Below are positions 57,014 to 64,000 of a stretch of 64,000 nt of DNA, one piece after another. Origin of the DNA: an uncultured cyanobacterium (GTDB lineage: Bacteria > Cyanobacteriota > Cyanobacteriia > CAKZMO01); assembly GCA_963719515.1 (NCBI GenBank), contig CAVRCJ010000014.1:160001-224000 (forward strand). The letters are read 5' to 3'. The notes below the pieces were generated by a model. The model saw only the letters and a program-made list of their open reading frames with translations. It was not told where the DNA came from and ran no database searches. Made by a program: the position numbers and the translations under genes. Within the stretch, counting starts at the first letter, position 1. The number at the start of each line of letters is the position of its first letter.

Positions 57014-57298
57014 TTAGCGCAGGGACCGCTGCCGGTCGAGGTAGCTGAACACTTTGCCTAGCTCGGGCCTGAGGGTGATGCCTCTCTCGGTGATGGCCAT
57101 CAGCTTGGTCCAGTGGATTTGCTCTGAGTAGTTGAGCACGTGCAGCATGTGAATCGTTTCGCGGACGCCTGCGGGGGAGCCGATGACGATGTGACGAACG
57201 CGCTCGTTGTCGGGGCCGGTGGCTTCGGGGTTGGCCAGCAGGATGGGTGCCGCCTCGCTGCTGGGGCGAGACGACTGGAGGTGAGTTGTTGCGGTCAT
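57014..57298 (-). CDS. Small hypothetical protein (94 aa; ERVRHIVIGSPAGVRETIHMLHVLNY motif)
   Basis: SD AAAGGA before the ATG at 57298; downstream hairpin at ~56931-56969; preceded by a structured leader and promoter. Confidence 0.7.
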   Translation of the reverse strand: MTATTHLQSSRPSSEAAPILLANPEATGPDNERVRHIVIGSPAGVRETIHMLHVLNYSEQIHWTKLMAITERGITLRPELGKVFSYLDRQRSLR

Positions 57299-57547
57299 TT
57301 TGGGTTCCTTTTTGATGTGGATGGGTAGGAAACCCAAGGACTTGGCCATCCCTTCGACTTTGGGTGTTCGGGATGGCCGTGGGACAATGCCCATAGCGCC
57401 CGGACAGGTTACTTCTGTCTTGGGGGTCAGGCGGCGATCGTCGCGGTTATCGGCGATCGCTGCCGTTTATGACCAAATTCTTGGGAGCCAAGCTGCGGGA
57501 TGCAGCTCTCAGGCATAGACTCTACACTATTGGCGATGAGAGGGCAA
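57299..57547 (-). promoter_or_regulatory. Promoter and ~210-nt structured leader RNA
   Basis: TTGCCC-N17-TAGAGT (57547-57519); stems GGCCATCCC/GGGATGGCC and AGCTGC/GCAGCT; anti-SD TTGGGTTTCCT versus AGGAACCCAA. Confidence 0.6.
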
Positions 57548-57711
57548 GCCCGGATTTTAACTTTTGGGTGATTGGGATTCTGTACCGGCGTCGCGATAGG
57601 TGCTCCACACTAGCCTTGCGACAATCGCCAGCTTTTGACGCTTATGGTGTCGGCATTGACCCTCGCTTTCGGCTGCAATAGCGGCAACGGCGAGTTTTGA
57701 GCCACTGGGTC

Positions 57712-57751
57712 GGAACGGCTGAGGAACGGTTGAGGAACGGTTGAGGAACAG
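57712..57751. repeat. 11-bp tandem direct repeat GGAACGGTTGA (3 units plus a partial one)
   Basis: Units at 57712, 57723, 57734 and 57745. Confidence 0.85.
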
Positions 57752-57896
57752 TCGCTTCGCTAACTTGAGTTCAGTAAGGCCGGGGAGAACCCATCAGATC
57801 TAAGCGTCAGCCCTCAAGGCTTCGCGCGTCAGATAGACATAGAACAAAGCAAATCTGAACAAGACGAATACCTACCTTCTCAAAAGGAGTCTAGAT

Positions 57897-59246
57897 ATGG
57901 CACAAGTATTTGAAACTATAAACAACAACACAGTCGCCACAGCAACCCCGCTAGGCAACATCCGCAATAATCCGTTTGTTCGAGGATCTTTACCAAGCAA
58001 CGATGCGGCTGATTTTTTCAAGTTTCAGGTTGATCGCCCGACTAAAGGTGGTGTGACCGTTGTGCCCGATGGCCTCAACGTTAATCTAAGCCTGTTAAAT
58101 GGCAAATTTGAAACGATTAGAACTTCTCTGAATCCCGGTACGGCTGCAGAATCAATCTCATTTGAAAATCTGCCGGCAGATGACTATACCTTGCTGGTTA
58201 GTAAAGTGGGTGGTGTTGGCAGCGGTAATTATTTTCTGAGCGGGGGTGGTTCTGCGGTCACTCGGGCCCAATTGAGCGTAACGGTCGATCGGATTAAAGC
58301 ACTCGAACGCTTTGATTCGCCTGTTCCATTTACGAGATTTGGCGAGGCTGATTTTTTCATTGAGGTCAACCGCTTTCCCGCCTCTGTGAAGAGCAAAGTC
58401 TTTAAAGACAGAAATGATGTCAGACCCAACTTCGTTGGCACTATAGAGGTCGGAACCAATCCGTTTGCGAGTGCTACTCTCAGCGCTACTGATCGCGATA
58501 GCAGAGTTGATTTTGACGACAGAGCTGACTTGCACCCTATCAGAAATACAAACCAGCTAAACATTGGATTTGACCCGCTTAAAAACGAAATTAGATCCTT
58601 AGATGGGGCATTTGGGCCGCGAAAAGAGAACGCAGTGATTACGGTTCAAGGAGACGGGGGAGACAGAAATGAACGGGGTTCACTAGGCTTTCACAAAGCA
58701 AGAGTCTCTTTCCGCGTCAATTACGACAGCTTTACCTCATCTGTCCCTAGCTTCAACAATCGCACACCGATCACAGTTGGCAACAACCGAGGGCAGTTCT
58801 TTCGGGGCAGAAGCATTCGCGGGATTATTGACGGCAGGGGCGGTAGAGACGATATCTCTGGCATGGGTGGCGATGATGTGTTGATTGGCGGCGGCGGCAA
58901 CGACAAGCTGAATGGAAACACTGGCAAAGATCTGATTTGGGGCGGGCTAGGCCGCGATATTCAAACAGGTGGAGCAGGTCGCGACATCTTCGTGCTGGAT
59001 CTGGGTAAAGGCGTGGATGTGATCAAAGACTTCCAAGATGGCAGAGACAAGCTGGGTCTGTATGGCGGATTGACCTCTGAGGCTCTAGAAATTACAAGGG
59101 AAGGTCGCAACGTCGGCATTTCTGCTGGATCTGACAAGCTAGCTATACTGAAAGATCTGCGCCCCAATCAAATCACAGCAGCAGATTTTGTCCAGGTTGA
59201 CTTCACTCAATTCAAGGGCATTACGACCCCCTACGCCGTTGTCTAG
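57897..59246 (+). CDS. Secreted RTX-type calcium-binding protein with N-terminal PPC-like beta domain
   Basis: SD AAGGAG; DFFKF...[18 protein letters not shown] domain; C-terminal GGxGxD repeats and [15 protein letters not shown]; lower GC than the core genes. Confidence 0.85.
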   Translation: MAQVFETINNNTVATATPLGNIRNNPFVRGSLPSNDAADFFKFQVDRPTKGGVTVVPDGLNVNLSLLNGKFETIRTSLNPGTAAESISFENLPADDYTLLVSKVGGVGSGNYFLSGGGSAVTRAQLSVTVDRIKALERFDSPVPFTRFGEADFFIEVNRFPASVKSKVFKDRNDVRPNFVGTIEVGTNPFASATLSATDRDSRVDFDDRADLHPIRNTNQLNIGFDPLKNEIRSLDGAFGPRKENAVITVQGDGGDRNERGSLGFHKARVSFRVNYDSFTSSVPSFNNRTPITVGNNRGQFFRGRSIRGIIDGRGGRDDISGMGGDDVLIGGGGNDKLNGNTGKDLIWGGLGRDIQTGGAGRDIFVLDLGKGVDVIKDFQDGRDKLGLYGGLTSEALEITREGRNVGISAGSDKLAILKDLRPNQITAADFVQVDFTQFKGITTPYAVV

Positions 59247-59362
59247 AGATTCAACTCACTTCGGCTGACTGGGAGGTAACGGTCTCAATCCACACCTCTC
59301 ACTAAGCTGCTGACGCTATCATTTAGTCCCTCAACCTACCAATCACCCAATCGCGCTTGGCT

Positions 59363-59550
59363 TTTGAAGGGTTGAGGGTCTTGTTGAAGCGTTGAGCGGT
59401 TTTGCTTGAGTGATTGTTGTTGGCTTGTAGGCGGCTCTAAGATTTGCTTTAGCGTTTGTTGGGGTCGCTTTAGCATTAATCCATTTCGCTTATATACCTG
59501 TTGATAGTTTGCAAGCGTTTGTGGGTTTTGTTGAAGCGTTGTTTTTGAGC
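59363..59550. repeat. Degenerate tandem array with 21-bp period (~9 units)
   Basis: AGCGTT-like anchors at 59388, 59409, 59430, 59451, 59472, (59493), 59514 and 59535. Confidence 0.75.
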
Positions 59551-59602
59551 GGGTGGTGTAAGCATATTGGCGGTCTTTCTACTTTGAATAGTACTGCTGT
59601 AC

Positions 59603-59740
59603 GAAGAAAGCAATCCCACCCTCAAGGCTCGCGTCGTCAACGCCCTCAAAGAAGGCGGCACCACAGCCCTCGAAGAAGCGATCGATCACCCCGCCGTCAA
59701 ACCTGTCGTCGCCATGGTCAAGGGATTCATCGACGCTTAA
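59603..59740 (+). pseudogene. Orphan 3' gene fragment (C-terminal helical tail like those of cyanobacterial pentapeptide-repeat proteins)
   Basis: Translates EESNPTLKARVVNALKEGGTTALEEAIDHPAVKPVVAMVKGFIDA*; in-frame stop at 59585-59587 and no start before the fragment; family resemblance is from memory. Confidence 0.55.
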
Positions 59741-59750
59741 CAAGCTTGAC

Positions 59751-62700
59751 CTACGCCGTCTGCCGCTTAATCAACTGCGCAAACAGCCCCTCCTGTGCCG
59801 CCAGCTCATCAAAGCTCCCCTGCTGCACCACTCGCCCCCCCTCCAGCACATAGATGCGGTCCGCATTGCGAATCGTGCTCAGCCGGTGGGCAATCACAAT
59901 TCGCGTCACCTGCAGCGCGTCCAAACTCCGGCTGACGATCGCCTGCGTTCGATTATCCAAAGCGCTCGTCGCCTCATCCATCAGCAAAATGCGCGGCTCC
60001 AGCGCTAAAGAGCGGGCAATCATCAGCCGCTGCCGCTGCCCCCCAGAGAGGTTTCCCCCCCCTTCGCTAATCACCGTATGCAATCCCATGGGCATGTCTT
60101 TCACATCCTCCGCCAGCCCGCTCATCTCCGCCGCTTGCCAGGCGTCGTCCATGGTAATCAGCGCCCCGGTGGAAATATTCTCAAACAGCGTCCCCGCGCT
60201 GATGCGCCCATTTTGCAGCACCACCCCCAGCTGCCGCCGCACCGCTGTCACGTCTAGGCCACAGAGATCCTGCCCGTCATAGTACACCGTGCCGGACTGG
60301 GGCTCTTCAAAGCCCAACAGCAGGCGAAACGCCGTAGACTTTCCAGAGCCAGAGGGGCCCACTAAGGCAATAAACTCCCCCGGCTCAGCCTCCACCGAAA
60401 CGTCATCTAAGATCAGCGGACCGTCCTCCCGGTAGCGAAAGGTGACGTGGTCTAAGGCCACTCGCCCCTGGAGCTTGCCGGGGTCAGCCATGTAGGGGTT
60501 GACCTCGGGCTCGGCGCTGAGGATAGGCCGCGATCGCTGCCACAGGGGAATGATGTCGAGAATGTCGATGACGCTGTTGCTGAGGCTGACCGTGCCGCTG
60601 ATGAAGGTGCCGTAGGCCACGCTAAAGGCCAAGAAAATGCCGGTGGATAGCCCGCCGTCGTCCACTAACCCGCTGGCCAGCCAAAACAGCAGTACGGTAG
60701 TGACCACCGGCAGCATCGTGTTCACCACATCTACCCCGTCCTCCAGCCGCTGGGTGCTCAGCAGCAGGCGCAGCTGCTGCCGGTACTTTTCTCCCCAATG
60801 GGCAAAGGCCCGGGCTTCCGCCCCCGCCAGCCGCAGCTTGGGCACGCCGTTAATCAGCTGCACCACCAAACCGTTCAGCTCTCCAGCGATCTCCATCTGC
60901 GGGCGGTGCTTGCGAATCAGCAGCGCCCCGGTCACCGTGGTGAACAGCACAACCACCAAAGCCACCCCCAGCGCCAGCAGCGCCAGCAGTGGGCTGTAGT
61001 AGAGCAGTAGCCCTAGGTTGAGCAGGGCAAACACCCCCGAAAAAATCGACTGCAGCGCCGTATCGCTCAGCTGTCGTCGAATTGCGCCCACCGCCGACAC
61101 CCGACTGCTCAAGTCACCCGTAGGGTACTGGCGGAAGAAGGTTGTCCTGAGGCGCAGCAGCCGATCCCAGACGGCGGCCTGCAGCGAGGCATCGGATACG
61201 GTTTCTACCCGCATAGACGCAACGGCTTGGGCAAAGTGAAAGCTGGCCACCCCAAAAGCGGCGGCAATCAGACCGATGCCGATTTGGCCAATCATCGCTC
61301 GGTTGCCGTAGGGAATGGCGTCGTCGATGAGCAGCGCCGTGGCCTGGGGCACCAGCATGCCGATCAGGGTAGCGACCCCGCCGGTAATCACCACGGCCAC
61401 GACGTCCCGCTGACGGTTCTTTAGGGCAAACTGCATCAGGCTCAGGGCATTGAGGTTTTCTGGCAGCGGGCGGTAGAACATGTAGGCAGCTGGCTCTAGG
61501 GTCTGAGCGATCGCCTTCGTCACGGGCTGGCGCGTGGTGGAGAAGTTGGGGTCGGCTGGTTCGCTCTGGTTGTCTGGCCCCGGCGCAGATAATTTGCCCA
61601 GCGTGGCTAGCTTGGGCGCATGGCCCTCATCCGCTGCCAGCCCTTGCTCTACGGGGTCAAGGATTTCGTAACGCGCGCCTCGCTGTCGGGAGGGCAGCAG
61701 CGCCACAGGCCGGTGGCCCTCACCATAGGCCAAAAGCGGATCGCCGTCCCGCTGCCACCAGTCCCCCCGCAGCAGCACCCGCCGCAGCCGCAGCTGCGAG
61801 GCTCGGGCGATCGCCTCTAGGGGTTCTTTGAGTCGGGATAGATCCTCTGCGCTAGAAGGGCCCTGAACGGATACCCCCATGGCCCGGCCCACCGCTCCCG
61901 CCGCCACCAGCAGCGCCGAGTCGGTCTGCAGCCAGCGGTCGTCCTCGGGGGTGAGCACCGCTGAGAGGTTGCGCAGCGTTGCTTCGGTGGTCCGCTGATC
62001 TAGCGCCTGTCGCTGCTGAAACTGGCGGCGATCTAGCAGGTGTCTGCGGGCCGTCGTCTGCCGCAGATGGTCCATGACGTAGTGGTGCAGCTGCTCTAGC
62101 CCATAGATAATAATTATGGGATGCCGCACTTGGGCCGTAGGGCGGGCAAATAGATCTACCCCCTCCCGCGCTGTAGCCCAGGTTCCGGGGCCGAGGGGAA
62201 AGCAGCCGGTTTTCGGGACTACCGGAAAGGGCGATCGCCCCAGCCAGTCGACCCGCCCCTGCTGCACCTTGATCCACAGCACTTGGCCAGGCTGGGGACG
62301 CAGGGGGTCACCGTTTGAGAGCGACAGGTAGTTTTGAGCGGTGCCTCTCCCTTCCGGCGGCGCGGGCAGGCTATCGATTTGGTTGAGCTTTAGAACCCAG
62401 GGGTCAATGCGGGCTTTTAGCTCGGCAAAAGGCATCACCCTACCACAGCCAGCGTTATCAGGGCCCGCGGCATCGGGGCCCGTGGCATCAGGGCCAGTGG
62501 CATCAGGGCCAGTGTTATCAGGGCCAGTGGCAAGGTCAGCAGAGAGCTTTACCGGCGTTACGACCGCCGGCTCTGAGGGCACCGCCAGCAGCGCTAGCTG
62601 AGGCGTTTCAGCCTCGATGGAATGGCTAAATAAGGTCTCATCAGGGCCAACCGAGAAGAGATAGTGGCGCGGCCCTTGGGGCACCCCGCGCAAAATCTCC

Positions 62701-62849
62701 ACCGCGAATACCGAGACCCGCCCCGAACGTACGATCCAGGCGTAATCAGGGTCCGTCAGCATTAGGGGCTCATGGCCTGTAATGTGGCGATCGCCGGAGA
62801 CCGCCCCTTTCCTTTTAAGGTCGTTGAGTGGAGTAGGTGTCGTAGCCAT
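59751..62849 (-). CDS. NHLM/NHLP bacteriocin-system ABC transporter, permease/ATP-binding subunit (peptidase-less)
   Basis: Long N-terminal domain, IARASQLRLRRVLLRGDWWQRDGDPLL, LQAAVWDRLLRL, Walker A GPSGSGKST, LSGGQ and ILLMDEATSALD. Confidence 0.9.
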   Translation of the reverse strand: MATTPTPLNDLKRKGAVSGDRHITGHEPLMLTDPDYAWIVRSGRVSVFAVEILRGVPQGPRHYLFSVGPDETLFSHSIEAETPQLALLAVPSEPAVVTPVKLSADLATGPDNTGPDATGPDATGPDAAGPDNAGCGRVMPFAELKARIDPWVLKLNQIDSLPAPPEGRGTAQNYLSLSNGDPLRPQPGQVLWIKVQQGRVDWLGRSPFPVVPKTGCFPLGPGTWATAREGVDLFARPTAQVRHPIIIIYGLEQLHHYVMDHLRQTTARRHLLDRRQFQQRQALDQRTTEATLRNLSAVLTPEDDRWLQTDSALLVAAGAVGRAMGVSVQGPSSAEDLSRLKEPLEAIARASQLRLRRVLLRGDWWQRDGDPLLAYGEGHRPVALLPSRQRGARYEILDPVEQGLAADEGHAPKLATLGKLSAPGPDNQSEPADPNFSTTRQPVTKAIAQTLEPAAYMFYRPLPENLNALSLMQFALKNRQRDVVAVVITGGVATLIGMLVPQATALLIDDAIPYGNRAMIGQIGIGLIAAAFGVASFHFAQAVASMRVETVSDASLQAAVWDRLLRLRTTFFRQYPTGDLSSRVSAVGAIRRQLSDTALQSIFSGVFALLNLGLLLYYSPLLALLALGVALVVVLFTTVTGALLIRKHRPQMEIAGELNGLVVQLINGVPKLRLAGAEARAFAHWGEKYRQQLRLLLSTQRLEDGVDVVNTMLPVVTTVLLFWLASGLVDDGGLSTGIFLAFSVAYGTFISGTVSLSNSVIDILDIIPLWQRSRPILSAEPEVNPYMADPGKLQGRVALDHVTFRYREDGPLILDDVSVEAEPGEFIALVGPSGSGKSTAFRLLLGFEEPQSGTVYYDGQDLCGLDVTAVRRQLGVVLQNGRISAGTLFENISTGALITMDDAWQAAEMSGLAEDVKDMPMGLHTVISEGGGNLSGGQRQRLMIARSLALEPRILLMDEATSALDNRTQAIVSRSLDALQVTRIVIAHRLSTIRNADRIYVLEGGRVVQQGSFDELAAQEGLFAQLIKRQTA
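62452..62532. repeat. 15-bp tandem repeat in the ABC transporter gene (TGPDA x5)
   Basis: GTGGCATCAGGGCCA-like units at 62452, 62467, 62482, 62497 and 62512. Confidence 0.88.
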
Positions 62850-62947
62850 CGGTCGCGGTAGTCAGCAGTGGATAAAGGCCTGTAGAGATAGGGGCAATGC
62901 TCTGTCCTCACAGAATGCATACCCAAAATCAGTAGCGCCATAATAAA

Positions 62948-62980
62948 CAGGCCTAGGCGACCATAGGCTACCTAGACCTG
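62948..62980 (-). terminator. Stem-loop between the precursor peptide gene and the ABC transporter
   Basis: CAGGCCTAGG...CCTAGACCTG imperfect inverted repeat. Confidence 0.5.
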
Positions 62981-63081
62981 AATCATTGAGGGCCAGCTGC
63001 CTGAACTATCTTGCAGGCGCTGGCATTAGAGAGTCAGCAGATGCTCCAGTGAACATCCAGCGGAGATCTGAGGCACCAAGA

Positions 63082-63300
63082 TTACTTGTTGCCCAGGCCT
63101 TCTTTGAACTCTTCCTCGTGACGACCCGAGAGCTTATTGCCCAGGCCTTCTTTGAACTCTTCTGCATGACGACCTGAGAGCTTGTTCCCTAGACCCTCTT
63201 CAAACTCTTCTGCATGACGGCCCCGTAGACCACCCGCAACGTCTTGAAGCTGCTCATCGGAAAGCTCGGCGTCTTGAGATTTCTTGATATCTTCGCTCAT
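63082..63300 (-). CDS. Double-glycine-leader precursor peptide with three tandem 16-aa cores
   Basis: SD AGGAGA; leader MSEDIKKSQDAELSDEQLQDVAGG; core LRGRHAEEFEEGLGNK-LSGRHAEEFKEGLGNK-LSGRHEEEFKEGLGNK; 48-bp DNA repeats. Confidence 0.85.
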   Translation of the reverse strand: MSEDIKKSQDAELSDEQLQDVAGGLRGRHAEEFEEGLGNKLSGRHAEEFKEGLGNKLSGRHEEEFKEGLGNK

Positions 63301-64000
63301 AACTAGTCTCCTAAAAAGAGGAATCGACTCAACAACAGAATAGCAAAGATAAAACCAAAGTGACCGTGGCAGCCGTGGCTATGTATAAGCCGAAATCCAC
63401 CTTGAAAAATCTATCTCGCCTCTGTTGTATAACACATACCCTAAAGGCCAAAACTTAAGCTTTCCTTGAGAGGCTGCGAGCAGGAGGTGATGATATTCGG
63501 ACAAACATCTAGGCAAAAAGCCAGGTTGAGCTACGGCGTTTCTCAGCAGGTTTTAATCTAACAGATTACTTGATGTGTAGCTGGCGAGACTAGGCTCCAC
63601 AAGCCGCCTTCAGTAAACGGTTCCATCGCCCCGAGACAATACTGAGACCCGACGATTGACGGACCAAAATAGACAGATTGCGCTGCGTTGACTCTTGACA
63701 TAGCGCCTGTAGCGTTGACGCTAAAATGCTGAGGTGAGAACAAGTGTTAGAACAGAAGGACAAAGCACATTTTTGACACTCAAGATATAGGTCTATACGG
63801 ATCTATGGGGGAGATGGCGGTGTAGAGTAAACCAGGTCACAAAAAGCTGGCGCTGAGAGCTCTATGCTGCCAGTTTGCGGATTTGATTGTGCATTATTGC
63901 TTATTCTAAAAATTAAGTTTCTTTAAGATTTTAGAGCGTTAAGCATTGTTTCAAGGCAATGCCTCAGCACAACCGCACCGTTCCTACAGGTAACCTCAAC

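Noticed and set aside
63085..63228. CRISPR-like array
   Set aside because: The 48-bp units are contiguous with no unique spacers and encode an in-frame peptide with a leader; no cas genes are in the window.
63558..63743. 61-aa ORF upstream of the precursor as a second precursor
   Set aside because: No ELSxxxL...GG leader, weak start and no clear SD.

Overview
Chromosomal window from a cyanobacterium: the HIP1 octamer GCGATCGC is frequent, the 16S/23S are cyanobacterial, and a helical carotenoid protein is present. A glucosylglycerol cluster suggests salt tolerance; the exact genus cannot be fixed by eye. Most of the window is housekeeping: recG, tsf-rpsB, tRNA-Gly, rpsP-khpA-phoH, aroE, 6S RNA, cobI, glpK-gghA/ggpS-glpD-gpsA, pyrG, glyQ, a complete rRNA operon, rnc and ccb1. 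Five accessory highlights stand out. (1) A 72-aa double-glycine-leader peptide whose core is three tandem copies of a 16-aa Cys-free unit (LSGRHAEEFKEGLGNK), directly upstream of an NHLM-type bacteriocin ABC transporter; this is a candidate new multi-core RiPP/secreted-peptide system running off the window edge. (2) Three IS200/IS605-family elements: a tnpB element that splits an ECF sigma gene exactly in region 4.2, and two ~400-bp protein-free derivatives that keep both ends, an extended -10 promoter and a highly structured RNA (candidate stand-alone omegaRNA loci), one inserted protein-silently into a stop codon. (3) A ~210-nt leader with mutually exclusive SD-sequestering pairings ahead of a small unknown gene. 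(4) A 21-bp-period degenerate array beside an orphan gene fragment. (5) Recurrent 15-bp tandem expansions. Several frameshifts fall in G/C homopolymers or repeats and are probably assembly errors.
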